A stretch of 64,000 nucleotides of DNA from Ylistrum balloti (GCF_031769215.1 NW_026781915.1:682001-746000), one strand, 5' to 3'. Numbered from the stretch's first letter, positions 11,793 through 27,002 are shown. Translations and numbers: made by a program. Notes: generated by a model not told the origin, from the letters alone.

Positions 11793-14175
11793 GACTGCTG
11801 CAGCACAACCGGTCAGTTACAATACCAGAGCACGACGCAACGCTACCACAGATAACGGCGAACGGAAGGCCTAACGCCCGCAAGATAAGGTTAACAGGTC
11901 ATCTTGGCTACTTACATGATTGGATTATATTCATCATATGACTTGAGATACAAATGTGTTTTGTAATCATCATGACACCAAACATTTTTATTAACCTTTG
12001 AGGACTACCTCTGATTAATTTTAAGTTACCAAAGGGTAACACAACAGACTCCACTCTTAATAAACCGTGAATTAAATCACGGACCACAATCTTTTTTTTT
12101 ACTTTTATAATGGCCAGTCAAACGTAACCTTACAAAGTGATGCCGAATTTTGAGCTATGGGGTGATCACATAAAAAATAAGTCAATAATTATCAGCTGTT
12201 TAAGTATTTTCATGAAAGAAGCCAAAAAACCTAACATCGAAAGGTGTCATTTCTATCACAATTCTTTAATAACAAAATATAAGAGTTTATCTTATTGTAT
12301 AAATGTTAGGATCTTTTATAATTCGCGTTTAGAGCAAATAGGTACAGAAGCAGAAAAAAATTACCTCACAAATTCAAAAATTTTAAGTTTGTGTGCAATA
12401 AAGCATGTTCTCAGCAGTGTTTGTGGTTCGTGGCAACCTCTCCAACAGACTGTTAAGGAACGACAACTCTGGTAGAGATTGGCACTGGTACCACAGATAT
12501 TGATACAACATAATAATAATTCTTATATATATATATATATATCACTGTGTCACCCAACACAATAGTATTTCTGGTAGTATTCAGTGGTACTTCCAATAAA
12601 ACTAGCTTATAATCATATGATAAAAATGTCGGAAGTATCAAAGTGACGTTGAGAATTAAAACATTTGATGAAAACCACACCTATCTATTATTGCATACCA
12701 ACACAATATGTTCCTTTATGACAGTGTATTGCTTCCCCTATACCATCTGAATGAACCCCGACATGGGTTCGACCAACAAGTATTGTCATAAGGAATTAAG
12801 CTTGCAGGACAGAACTACCAATCTCAACCAAAAGGTTAAATACAAATATAAAAAAGAGGGAGAAAAAAATAGAGTTAAAAATGAATTATAAATATTGTCA
12901 ATCCAGGAACACTGGCTGTTGATTTTCAGAGAGTTGCATTAAAAGTAAATCCCATACAAACATTCCTTTTCAGAGCGAGAAACCATTTTTATTCAATATC
13001 TAATAAGAAAGCAAAGGGAAGGGGAGATGGGTTGCACTGAGCACACAACATCAAATTCATTTGGGAAGCCAAGTTCACCACTGTGACGTCACAGTCGATA
13101 CCACATCAGAAACAACCAGAAATACCAACATGTTGACGGAATAATGAGCTGAAACTAAATTCAATAAAACTATGGCAAAATGTTAACAATGTAAGATTTA
13201 CACGGAGACTCCTGAAAAAGTACAAGGAGGCCATATCATAGACATCAGCGAAGGGCTGAATTACATTATCTTAAGCAGTTCTAGTCATCAAAGGAGGCAC
13301 GGTTGCTCAAAAATTTACACTTAAGGTCCTGTTAGAAGATATTCCTTCCAAAGTGAACAAAACAATTATGAACAACATGAGACTGGAATCATCAGCGAGT
13401 CACAGCGTAATTGGTTAGGAGTGGCTCCAAGTTCAACTGACACTGGCAATTATAGTTTAATGAACAGTCAAACAACAGCTACCCATCTCATCTTACAGGA
13501 GAGTTCAAAGTGGCGAAGGCAAAAACTTAGTCAAAAATAGCTGCATGGACCCCAATTCAAATTTACAGTATCAAATACGTCTATCATTGTTTTACAACAG
13601 GAGACGGAGTCAACGTTTCTGATGTTCTGTCGTATCGTGAATGTGTAGTTTATATTTGAAATGCATCGTGCCTCATTTTATTGACAGAAATATGACATAA
13701 AAAATAATAATCTAAGAACAACAACCTATATAAAATAAGCGTGAAATGATATCTGTATTCTGAATTAACACGTTAATTTTCGAACAATTTTAGTTGCCCA
13801 AAAATGACTAGATTAGCCCTATTACATTTAGTGAAGACACAAGTCTGCGTGATGATATTCCATTTATTGTTTAATTTAGTTAAATGTACCCTCACTTAGA
13901 GGGATAATGACCTTCAGAGGCCAAATAGCGATACACGATAGTATCAGGAGCACTTCGATTTTTGTAACGCTAGGAGCAAAAACCTCAACAAAGTCTCAAG
14001 AGCCATTCCGGCTTTTGGTTTTAGTATTACTCTTCTTTAAGCGCTCTTCTGACACAGTTTCTCAAGCGTCTCTATGCATAGATTGCCTCACATGTGGAAC
14101 TAAACCGTATGTAATAGTTCGATTTAAAAATTAAGAAGAAAAAAACTCCGAGGAATTGAAGCTGACAGAGAAGAT

Positions 14176-17100
14176 ATGGGCAAACGGAAATTTAAGAAAA
14201 GTGTTGAAGGGTCGCTTGGTAATTTAAAAACAACATTTGTTTTCAGTTTTCATTGAGAACATTTCCCGAACTTATAGTATACCTCAATAAGTTTGGTTTC
14301 GACACTAGTTATGAATGATTTTAACAGAGAATGGGTAAACGCCGGTAAATACTACCATTCATCCATATGGCATCATTATGATATCAATCAACATTAATAT
14401 GATCGATATTGGTCATTACAACACGGAAATTTGACGAAAATTCAAGAATACGTATGCTGTATCTCAGTGCATGTAGTTTATGTCTGGTATATAGTTAAAC
14501 AGCGAATGTGAGTGTTGAACCCCATTAAACTGTGTGCCCTAGCAGAAAAATATAGACATGCTTGCTTGATTGTTTTATATAACATCGTCAACAACTGATA
14601 TACAAATGTAACTGATAAACAGTGATCTCACAATCAGGTTGGGGAAACCACAAATTTGCATATAATACACAAACTAGCCACTTATTATATACGTATGGAT
14701 TTGTTATGAAAATAGCCGCAATCACTTTAAACTAAGTTTCTCTAATTTTTTGCAACAGTCACATTTATATAGTCTGGAAACATACAACTTCAAAATTATG
14801 ATTTAGTTGCATGTGTGAAACTACTGGATATAGATCATAAGATGCAGTACTTCCAGCCTATTATATGATAGTACAGTTACTACAGGGACAACCGTTACAT
14901 CAAATTTCTTAGTTGCGAGCAGTTTCAATAAACATCACTTAGTAAAAAAAATATTTACCTTGTCATAAATAAATGTGACTTTTAATAATACATTGCGAAA
15001 ATTACTGTTTAAGTGATTTTGGTTATATTTTGTAACAAATCCATATTCCTATTTGGAAATAATAAATAAGCTATTATACACAAAGTTGTGGTTCTCTCTG
15101 AGATGATAAGTAAGTGTATCTGTCAACTTTCCTTACAGATCATGACATATTCCAATACTCAGTTAAGAAAGCGATCATTTATTCTTCCTTTGAAATGTAG
15201 CTATTTGTAATTAACTCCAACAAAGTATTTTCTTGTGTCCAGCCAAGCTCTCTTCATGAACATTGATTAATTTGTTGTATGTTTGAGGAAAAATTATAAA
15301 CAGGTTGTTGTAGTTGATCAGTACTCTTTGGAAGTAGAAATAATTGATTGAAATATATTTTACAAATGTTTAGTTAATGTAGACAAGTACACTGGTGAGT
15401 TATAATATTCATATTCTTTTTAGCGGAGAGGAGGCGACGTATACAGCAAGCAAAAAGAGAAGTGGCTATCGAATCTAAGGGAAAAGCATCTAAAAAATAC
15501 AGTGTAGAACAACTTTTGGAGAAGGTAGATATTTTGATTATTCAGTGCAAACATAATTCTTTTTATGAATGGAAATTAATTGAGGAAAAAGCGTAATTCT
15601 CTTTATCCTTGCAAGAAGTTTATTACTGTTTAGATTTGAAGGATCAACTTCTATGATATTGTTATGATTGTGTTAGTGGTGGTGACTATAATACTCTGTA
15701 AAAATTTGTAAGAATTACCGAGTAAGTTTTACTTAAAAAGCGCCCCCACCCCTCCCAAAAAAAAATTGGTTTTTGTTAGCCCACCATCATCAAATGTTGG
15801 GTTCATTAAATTTCCATGGTTTATCTGTCCTGAAACAATTCCTTCATCATTTTTTCTGGAAAAGTACTGGATGGATCATTCTCAAATTTCATATGTAGAT
15901 TTGCCTTGGTTCCTGGTAAGAAAAGCAAGATGTCTGCAGGCAGCCATTTTGGGTTTTGATAGCCATACATTTTTATTGCTATTTCTGGAGAAGCACTGAA
16001 TGGATCATATTCAAACTTCACATATAGTCCTTAGCAATTTTTATTTCATTTTGGGACAGGTGATCAATTTGGATTTTGACAATGAAAGTTTGTTAGAAAG
16101 AAAAACTAGTAAGACAATGCTTTAAACTATTATGATGAAATTTAACCTGAACAAATGATAGAACTTTTGACATGTATAAAATTGAAGAAAATAAAGAAAG
16201 AAAAATGGCATATTCTTATGGAATTGCAAAAATCAAAATCAAATATGCACCAAAGCCTAAAGATTGACAGACGACATTTATGGATTTTACAGGGGAGGCA
16301 CTGGTAGTCAAATTAAAAAAAGTAAGAAAAAGAAAAAAATAACACCTGAATTTTTGTTATTTCAGTAAAAGTTTGAGTCACAAATATGTTGAAATTATAC
16401 ATCAACAGATCTCTTCAGTAATTCAGTTAATAATTCCTCACTGATAGACTGTCAACTGCCAGCAGTAAATTTGAAGAACTCTTCTTTGCTAGAGGCACAA
16501 TACTGAGTGGTGGAACATTTTGCCTTGAATTATAAGTCAACTTATTCTTTCCATTTTGGTATTCAAAATAGTGTCACACTAGTAACAGAATGAACTAAGC
16601 TCTGATAAATGTCAAAAGATATTTCAATACTTAGAGCTATGAAAATTTGTGAGACTGAAAATCAAATTTATACATAAAGGAAAAGTTGTGTCTCCCTGGA
16701 GGTAAGAAGTGAAATCCAAAACAAGGAATTTTGTACAAGTCACCTTTTTCACCAACAAAAATATCTTTAGGGCACTGCAGTGCCTTATACATACTAAATA
16801 GATAAATCATTTGTCTTTAACCTTAACTTGTAAAACTAGACTCTGAAAAAAATTATTCTTTAACTCCAATTGTTTGTATATCATATGCACAGAACAAATG
16901 TACACTTTCTATTACACAGGCAGAAGATTGTATTGATCGATTTGAATATGAAGTTGCCCAAAAGTTCTGTCAGAGGGCTTTGGAGATGGAGCCTGATAAT
17001 ATTCTGGCTCTGGAAACAACAGGATCCCTTCTGTTAGAGCTTGGAAATCAGGAGGCTGCAAAACAGGTAGTGTATTTCAAATGAAGAAGTGAATTATAAC

Positions 17101-20100
17101 AAGCTTCCTGTAGTCTCTGAAGGAAGTTTTCAAAATAGGAACAAGAGGATGCTGCTAAATGCTGATAACTTCACTTTCCTGTATCAACAGACTCTTCTTC
17201 ACTGCAATATAGAAAAAAGTAATGAAGTTAAAATATGCAAAACTTAACTACCCTTTCATGAAAGCCTACATATGTTTAAATACAGTTACTGTTTCAATAC
17301 CAGGTTACTTCCCTTTGATGAAGCTTTCTTGTCAATCCTATTTTTGCAGTGTTTTGGCCGAGCTGTGGAAGTCTGTCCTAACCAAGGCCATTCAAAGTAC
17401 ATGTACCTAGGGCAGTTGTTTGAAGGTGCACAGGCAGTTCAATGCTTCCAGAAGGGAATAGAATTAATGATGAAGGAGCATGAGGCGAAACAAGCATCAG
17501 AGGTGTAAAATTTATGTGCTATAAACTTACCATATTTCTTTAAAAACTTGTTAAATGGTTAATATTTTCATGTGTATAATGAATAGAAAATGCTCAGGAA
17601 TTAGTATAGTGATCTCTTAATTGAATAATTTACAAACTGGAGATACATACAATTCATATGTATAACTTGAATGCAAACAAAATCTCATGTATATTCAATG
17701 AACAATGTGCATTGAAATTTTCCTCCTGAAGTGTCAATTGAAATTTCCAGTTGGCAGCTGCCTGTGGGGGTGGACCACGAGATGGGGTTTCAAGTGAAGA
17801 AATTTGCAACGCCTACCTGTCCCTGGCAGAACTTTACATGACAGACTGTTGGTAAGGGTGTTTACATGAGTGGGAAAACTTTGTGAGAGGAAAATTAATA
17901 TACCTGGCATAGAAATGTACTAGTTTTGTGATAGTTAACCCAAGTTAAAGGGCTTTCTGAGATTGGCCCATTTAGAATTATGTTAAACTTTATTGATATG
18001 AAAAATTTCAAAACTTGCTAGTTACCAGTACTGCTGAAAGTCTTCAAAAATTTGGTTCTCAATTGGTTAATTTTCTTCCCAATATCATTCATAAAATATT
18101 CAATTGCAAATGGTCAGGGAATACTCTTACTTAGAGGAGTTAATTATTTGTTATATTTTGCATTAGAGTTTGAAGTAAAAACTCAATTACCTCTACTCTC
18201 TCATTCTACCTGTATAATTAACATGATAGAGAATTGTTGAGTTTCACTTCTATGCTTCAAGGCCGACAGGTGTTCATTTTGTTACCTAAAAATATCCAAT
18301 GGCTTTTTAGTTTTTTACCTCGAGATTTATTGAAAATTTTAGCATGGAGGAGGATGCAGATATAAAATGTGAACAGTACATAAACCAAGCTGTAGCAATT
18401 GACAGTGAGAATGCTGAGGCCTATCAGATGATGGCCAGCTATCAACTCTCTAAAGAGAATGATGAGGTATGTTCTCGTTCCTCTACAGCAAGTGTTGTTC
18501 AGTAGAAAGTTGTGTAGCCTTCCATTTCTCCTTATACTATGTAGTTCTTAGAGAATCAAATGGAATCGACTTTTATTCCATTTTATGTGTGGTTTTTAAC
18601 AGAGAGTTGATTATATGTAGATATATTCCTTACATACTCATAGACTTAACAGGGAAATATCATTCTTTTCATACTATTCAAATAATGTAGAAGAATATAC
18701 ACTTTGTATTTGCAATATCCTAATGTAAGTTTCCTCACAGTAAAAGAAAAATGCAAAGAAGGTATTTAGGAGAAAACTTCTAGTTTTTATGTTGCTTTTT
18801 AAAAGCACCTGTCCCTAATATGTGAACATTTCAATGTTCTAGAAGGCTACAGAGATGATTAAGAAGAGTGTATCATTATGGTTACCCAAATATAAAGCAG
18901 CTGACAAAGGAGAAGTTCCTGATGAGGAGTTTAATCCACTGGAGGTAATCCTTTACACTGTACACCTCCATATTTTGCTCAAGAAAAATTGATAATACTG
19001 AATGCTTTTGATATAAACAACAACCATTCACCAAACAGTTTGCTATAGCTGAAACTTGTTAATCATGGATTTTATAATTATAAATTCCTTTCTAGAGGAC
19101 AAAGTTAAAACTTAAATACAAATGAATTAACACACTTTAAGATTGATTTTAAGAATACATACAAAAAGCAGTTGTCACCATGTGAAAATTTGGTTCCAAA
19201 ACAAAATGTATGATGAATGTATGATGAATTTGTGAATATATATCCCTATCGTCGGGTCAGATAGGTTGTTATCACCACTTCCATGTCGGGCCTTTCTTGG
19301 TGAGTGCCACTCACCTTATGACTAATCTGGAGGGTTGACCCTTCTCATTTTCAGAGGCTGCCCATGGGTTTGCCTTATCAGGTGGTCTAGTTCCCTTTCA
19401 GTTTAAATTTGGTCCCTGGACAGATTGTTTGAAACTAAAACTCTCCCTACCAGAAGTGGCTTTTAAATCAATGAATGTATTTATTGAATGCTTGTTCGTG
19501 TTGCGTTATGTGCTCATAAATAAAAAATATGCATTTTGAGGTCATATACCTGAAGGGTGAAGATGACCTATTGCTAGTGTGCACTGTCCATAGTGGTACA
19601 CCGTTCGTTGACTGTCGTCATCCTTGTGCCATCCGTGAACTTTTCATTTAAAACACTACTCCTGCTTATCGCCTGGGTGGATTTCAACCAAATTTGGTCT
19701 GAAACATCATTTGAGATGAGGCCTCAAATGGGGAAGTAAGACAATACTTGGCTTCATGATGCTATTTCTTCTTAATGCCTAGGTAGATTTTAACATAATT
19801 TGATCTGAAACATGATTACTGGTGGGTTATCATTTCTTAAATTCAGAAAAGTGATTCGACCTCTAGGGATCTGGAGTTAGTTAGTCGATGATTTTGCTTC
19901 AAAATGCTATCCTTCCTTACTGCTTGAATGGATTTATGCTGAATTTGGCCTGAAATACATCATGGGAATTCATCAGATTTGTCAGGCAATTATCTGCAAA
20001 TTCTGTGGTTAGTCCATCTGTTCATTGATTGTCAGATGACGGGTAAGGGCCATGGCCCTCTTGTTCTAATACTTACCTCTGTTCAATTAAATTGCTATAA

Positions 20101-22438
20101 TTTGTATTCATGTGTGATAAATGCTGTTCAGCATATGTTTGTAAATATGTCCATTTGCTGTGCTAATGCTATAGTGAAATTTGTTCTGTTTCTGTGGATA
20201 TGCACAATGTAGCCATTTCACCACATGTAAGAAGTGATTCTTCAAAGATTTTCAGAAGCATGGACTTCATAAGGTTGGATTGGAGGCGAAAGGTTTTTTT
20301 TAATGTAACTTGCATGTTATGTTGATTTATAATAAATTAGCCAAAACTGGATTTCAGTTTCTATGAGATATGAAGGGGAGATAATTAAGGAATTTTTTGC
20401 ATCAATGTTGTAATGCTATGGAAGGGAGGTAACTTAAAAGTATACCCCGGTAATATGCCTTGGAGACAGACCTGAAAGTTGTTTAAATAGCATATAAACA
20501 ATCAGATAAATTATATGTTATATTTTCTTATTCTTTTCAGTTGACTCCACTCAGTTTTGATACTAGGATAGCAGCAGCCAAAATATTAACAGAAGTGAAA
20601 GAATATGAGGTAAGTTTTGTTTTTGTCTTCTCATTTGATTAATTTCTTCATTTGGAACAAAAATTTTACTTTCAAACTCAGTGAGCTAAAAAACAATACA
20701 TTTTTTTTTCTGAAAATACATCATTTCTTTTGTAAGTGGGCTCCACCTTTTGGTAGATGAATGATAATTATTCAGAATTGTTACTGTTTTACATGATGAT
20801 TAAGATATCCTGTGGTTCAAAAGATATTAGCTGACCATGCTGATGGTGTTAAGACTGATCATGGTATGCTTTGCAAAATTGATAAGACTGATTCTGACAA
20901 AGTTGATTCATTCATAACAATCAACTAGTAGTGTTTCCTAGCAAGTTCATTTATTATACAATGAGCCTAGATAAATGCCGTATGATAACAAACAGATGTT
21001 ATATATTGTTCAATTCATGTAATGCTGTTTTAAAAATTAAGACATGAAAGGTAATTAGGAGATGACTGAATTCATAGTTTCTATTAGATTAGAAAAATAT
21101 ACCTGTTAATAATGATATTATTGCACAGACTGCGGTGGATGTATTAGAAGGTTTACTAGATGAGAATGATGAGGTTCCACAAGTCTGGTATATGATTGGC
21201 TGGTCCAACTACCTACAGGGCCAGGACTATAAGGAGAATGCCCGCTACTACCTGCAGCAGGCAAAACAGGTAGGTTATGATAAATTTGTATCTGGCAGTA
21301 AAAACTTACTTGTAGTGTAATTTTTACGGATAGTTTAATGGTGGTTCAGCTACATTCAACAATAAACTGATTCCTGTTTGATATATAATTGAGTTATATT
21401 GGGTAGAAGCAGAACAAAGCTAGAAAAGTTTTAAGTCATATACCCCACATTAATTACTTGTGGAATTATATCTATTACAGGTGTATGAAAAGATTAAATG
21501 TGATGATCCAGAACTTTTGAAACACATAGAGGAACTAATTGAGGAGATTGGCCCAGGTATGTAATATGCTCTTAGTTTGACTTGAAGTTGATACTAACTT
21601 TGTTTTTATGCCCCTCCCCCACTACCCCTCCCCCTTTCCTTGAGGCATAAAGTGTTATTCCATATCTGTCCATCATGTTGCACCCTATCCTGTTTCGCCA
21701 CATTTGGAAACAAGGTCATATCTTGAGAACCTCTTAAAAACAGTCTTAGTTCATATTTCCCCCGGTGGTATCATTACATTAAGTTCTAAACCTTTCTGAT
21801 TAAAGTGGACATTAGTCATGGTTAAAGGGGTAAAGGTCTTATATACCAACATCTGTGAATTCATCAAACAATGATACTTTTGCATGGGAGCATTAGACAT
21901 TTTGGAGTTGAATTCTGAAGGTAAGATCAAAACATGGCTGTAAAATTTCATCAAATTCAAAATTTCTTGACAAATATTGAAACTAATTTCAGTAATTTGG
22001 TGAAATAGAAAAAGTTTATTTTTCAGTCTTTGTAGGTATTTCAAGCCTCTGCCCATTTAATCTTGTTGACACAATCTATTACTTTAGAATCAGACTGTAG
22101 AATAAACCTTGAATATAAACTAATGAAGTCATATTTTCAGCATGACATCATTATTGGCAATTAACTGAGGTCTGGTTTGCTTTCAAAAATCCTACTTACT
22201 TTAGATGTGCTTTCTTGTTTTGTAATATATCTCTGTCTAGATTACATGTCCAAAAAACATTCTTATATCTTTATCAAAGTAGTTAATTGAACACCATGTA
22301 TAACTGTTCACATGATCTATTTCTGTAGGCGAGGAAGAGGAAGATGGCAATGAGGATGAAGATGTAGGAGATGATTTTGACAGTGACAGTGATGATGAAA
22401 TTGATAGTAAAACAAACGATGAAGCAATGGAGCACTGA
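14176..22438 (+). CDS. ACL4: TPR protein, assembly chaperone of ribosomal protein L4 (Acl4-like), 11 exons, 388 aa
   Basis: Exons 14176-14218, 15424-15524, 16920-17066, 17350-17502, 17751-17851, 18343-18466, 18843-18944, 20541-20609, 21129-21269, 21481-21556, 22329-22438 are all phase-consistent (1167 nt). Motifs: AQKFCQRALE, KYMYLGQL, LAELYMTDCCMEEDA, LEGLLDENDEVPQVWYMIGW and an acidic C-terminal tail. AATAAA at about 22453. Confidence 0.88.
15795..16080. mobile_element. Degenerate non-autonomous intronic repeat (Helentron-associated/HINE-like)
   Basis: Starts ttagcccaccatcatc, carries two similar tggatcat..tcaaa.ttcatat modules and a gcagccattttgg motif resembling invertebrate non-autonomous elements. 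Family assignment is inference. Confidence 0.4.
19535..20090. mobile_element. Degenerate non-autonomous element with internal core repeats (CvA/pearl-like, Helentron-associated)
   Basis: 5' module gaggtca...gatgacctattgcta, then a cgtcatcc/ccatccgt tract, then three degenerate repeats of tggattt...aatttgg.ctgaaa (about 19678, 19784, 19929). This architecture matches bivalve HINE/pearl elements (inference). Confidence 0.5.
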
Positions 22439-24363
22439 GGTCATTAATAATCAATAAAAATTGTTCAAAACTGTTTCTCCTCAGTTCATTTTATCTACTG
22501 ACAACAGGAATATAAACACAACTATTGGTGTGCACATCTGTGTGTTATCAACATGTGACATTTTGAAGAATAACAAGGGAAGACACGTTTCCTACCTTCA
22601 GTACTACCATCAAGCCACCAGTTCAAAGAAGTTGTTAGATTTTGTTTATGTTCACCTATTATACAAGATGTTAATTTGCCATGTATATATGTAACAGGGG
22701 TCCTTGTTTATTTCAGAGTCGCTAATTGCATTCAAACCTTAGGCCTCTGGGTTAATTATCTTATAGTGAATAGATCAAACTGAAGGAAAGATCACTGTTG
22801 CTGAGCAATATTTCGCTATTAATATTTTACCTCGGATACATGTATTATTTTTGTTGTAAGTTCGATATTTTCCAGCCCATTACTGATTCTGAGAAATCAT
22901 CTTTGACCTCTGCCAAGCTGAAGTTAAAGAGACTAAACTGAACTTTCATCGTCCGACCCCCATCCCATCCTCTGTTATATACAAACCTCCATGTTTCATT
23001 TTTTCTTCTGTTTTTGGTAGTGTTTTTCTAAACACCTTTTCATAGGACCTCGTGGTAAGGCCACAGAGACAAAAACAAAATAGTGTTATAGTCTGTAGCT
23101 CCTGATACCTAAGCTTTGGTTCCTGTCTAGCTTTGTATCACCTTCCAGTACCTACCATAAACCACTGTTATATATCATACCTTTGTGCGCATACAGACTA
23201 CTTCACAAATCAACTCTTATAACAAGCTTCATCTTCATTAAATAAAACACATAAATGTTGTAGATTTTATTTCTTTTTCTCACACAGTTACTAATTTGAA
23301 TTCTTGTATCTTGACTTTAAAGAACAAATGACTCATGATGATATCCTCATAAAGGATGGCAAGGATAAGTCTTTCAATATTGCATCTTTTAAAACCTGTC
23401 ATTTGATCAAAAATTAAAATCAAGATATTTGGAGAAACTTTTCAACTTTGCAAGAGGAAACAGGAACATTCTTTATAACTTCTTAAGAATCATGACAGGA
23501 AAATGGGAATTTAATAGTATTGGGGTCAGTGAGTCCACCTGTATTGTTGTCACAACTTGGCCCTCGGTTTCAGGAAGTGTCATGTTTTACCGCGGTTTAC
23601 ATCATGGTGGTACAAACGTGGTTGTGCTGAGGTGTGACTTTATTTATACATTTGAAGTATTTCTGTCGTCTTGGTTATTGCTTGCTTTAGTTTCGATTAC
23701 ATTCTGAAGTGACTTTAATTGCGGTGAGAAAATAGAAACCATGAAATTTTGTCTGGGTCTTCTACTACCTTTTTAGTTCAGAAATATTAAGCTTCACACA
23801 AGTGTTATGAAAGGAAAGGTTAAAGTTTCATTCAAAATGAGTGATTTTGATGGCAGAGGTAGGGACATTACACAAAAGGAGCGCTGAAAACGATGCATGA
23901 TAGCCTTTCGACCACAGCAAAAGTTTCAATGACTGACCCTAAAGGTGAGGTCCCTTTATATTCTACGTGCCTTCCCAGTTCCTTAATTACGGTTATGTAA
24001 TATCCGGCTATTTAATAAAGTCCTATTGCAATAGTTACCGTAAAACGAAATATGAAAATTTCGACCCAAAAATAAATTTCACACGTGTTTCAAAATACAG
24101 ATATTCATAGTTACATACAATCAGAGCCTTGATACAAAGACTCAACGCTGTAGAACTGTATATGAGGTTATGAAGAAACTAGCCCAAACCTGTTTTGTCC
24201 AAAAATGTGAAATCGCCAATATGTCCGAAATTGGAAAACTGAGAAATCATGATTTTTTCAAAACTGATATCATAGCAATCATGCAAGGAATCAAGAACGT
24301 GCCAAAAATATTTATCTGAAACTGTTAGCCCGAAAATGCAAAGTCTCGTACAAATCATTAATC

Positions 24364-24408
24364 CCCCCTCTCTCTCTCCCTCTCTCTCTCCCTCTCTCTC
24401 TCTCTCTC
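24364..24408. repeat. (CT)n microsatellite
   Basis: A ctctctctc run is visible; it produces the ERERE stretch in ORFs 24179-24536. Confidence 0.9.
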
Positions 24409-27002
24409 CACTTAAGATATAATTTGATATAAATTGCATTTTTATATTTTGTTCCAAACTGGTACATACCGACTTTCTTCCACTGTTCGAGAAGTCTATT
24501 TGTATTAGATGAAAACACAGTACCTGTCATGATCAACTATTTCTCGAGGTTATATCAAACTTGTCTATATAGACCAATCTGAGTTATATAACCTTGACAT
24601 TCATACTTAGGGGCCCATGATCATACATTATATCGACAGGATGCAATTTACAACAAATGATAAAAAGTTAAATAAACGAATTAAAGACAACTTTTTGTAA
24701 TCAAGCATTTTCATATAGATAAACTTTTGCACATAAAAAAAAACGGAAATTCATTCATAAATACCATAAAATAAAGACACGGTTAACGTGTGCTCACAAG
24801 AAACCCTAACAGTGTTCAAAACCTCAGTATATCGTACTGCACATGGCACGACCGCATTTATAGAAGCGATTAGGAATGGGCACAAGCGGATCACTCTTTC
24901 AGGGAGCTTTGTTCATGTGACAACCCATGCTTGACAGGAAAATCACACTTGGCTTCTTTTTGAAGACGTTTTTAACACGCTCTTGTATTCTGTATATATA
25001 CAACAGGACAAATCTTAATCGCGGTGTTTCAAATCTATTCATTTCAAATGCACTCATTTCAGAATTCCAATGAAATAAGACATTGAACTAATGTCGGGCG
25101 TTGCAGTTTGTAAATTGTGGTAATGAATTTCGGTCTTCACCTCCGTTTAACTGATTTTATTTCATTATTTTTACATGCTATCATTTGGTATCACGGGATA
25201 GGTAACGTATATAGAACGTATGTGAAAGAAACTCGCAACACCAGAGCATACTAGCTTCAAAATCTCACCATATTTCAGTTTTGTTGCGAAAATATTGCTA
25301 CGTAGTTGGTTATTTTAAACACGAATACCTCCTAACAGGTTGATTTTATTCGTTGCATTGAATTTTAAGTGAAACAGCACCATGTATGCAAATGACTCTA
25401 AAACCACATAGTCGACGTCATGACACCAATATAACAAATGCACCAAAGGGAGGATGGTGGGCGTGTCTTTGCTTTAAAAAAGGGGGCCTTTAAACGTTAC
25501 TATGTCCAAATTTGACAACATATTTAAATGAGTAATTTAAATATGCAAATTAGATTTTCCTGATACTTTCGATTTGCGCTTGATCAGGATCTACTTATTA
25601 TGTAAATAATCAACACGGATTAGATTAATTCGATTTTAATTTGCTGGTGATTGGAATATCGGGAAAAGCGGACTTACCTATTACCTTTTCAATTTTTTTC
25701 AAGGTTTGATCATCGCAACGCATTAAAATGTTACGATGAACTTGTTTATTTATTCATTGACTGATATATGCCTAACCAGTAATCATTGTTTGATTCCAAG
25801 ATGAGCTTTTGTAACGATTATACATTATTCATAGAAAATGTGAAACGAATATTGCAGGCGTCATATTACAGTGTAAAACACGTTATCTGTCTTACAACAT
25901 TTAACGTACACTTACAGAAAAAAAATCGCGAATAGATCATTTGTTTCCTCAATAAAACAGACTGTCCTTCTCTCAATACATTTAAATCAATTATCAGTAA
26001 GACAGAAATAATACATGACAAATGCTTTTAGGTATGAGATTTACGTAATTTAAACATACTTCATTTCCGTTTGAGAAATCCTGCCAGATCTCTTGATTAC
26101 GATTTTTTTAGAACAAATGGTAATACAGCTGAATGTAGATGCAACAACCCATGTGAAGACTTTTATTACTATTTTTATGTTTGTCCCCCTATACATTCAT
26201 AATCGAAATCTATTAATAAGACAGTTACAACCTCTGTTTGAGAATTTAATTAGATTTACTCATATACGGCGATCAGAAATTAAGCAAAGTTGATGGTATC
26301 TCTTAATTGCAAAAAATGTAAAATAGGGATTTGATTGAATGTGACTCTGTCTCTCTGTCTCTCTATCTCTCTCTCTTTTTGATGTTTACAATTTTTGCTG
26401 TGCTCATTTTGGAATGTCTTTAGCTGTAACCCACGTCCCCGACGTTCATGCATAGAGAGCCGGACCGTGGGCTACCGACGATTCATCTTTTGCAAGATAA
26501 TGAAAGTGTTATGATTGAAATGCAGGAAAAGTAATAATAATAATAATATGCAATATTTATATAGGCTCTATGCTGTTAAAAAGGTCAGCTCTAAAGCGCG
26601 TTACAAGCCATGTTTTAAAATCTTATCTCATATACACCTATGAAAACACAAATAAATAATGGGTAAATTTCGAGTCAAATACTAGCGCAAACTAATTAAA
26701 ACACAGTTAAAACACTAAATAGTAACTATTTATATGTATCATATGATTGAATGTTGAAGTTTGTCGTCGGACAACAGAAACAATCTTGGGCTGTTAACAA
26801 TAATTATATTAAAACTCACGTGATCAAAACCTACTCTTCCTTGAATAGCAATTAACATTAGACCTAGAATTTATGGATACAAATGTAGGTCGTTCGAACA
26901 AAATGGTCCTACATGTTAATCCTATGTAACATATTTTAAGCGATTTCTCTTAATCTGATGTATTGTTAAATATTTTTAAATACATAGCATATGCTAAACT
27001 CG

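Noticed and set aside
22930-23137. About 69-codon open minus-strand frame ending ...KHGGLYITEDGMGSDDESSV*
   Set aside because: It looks protein-like, but has no start codon or convincing splice acceptor and no recognisable motif. Unsupported.
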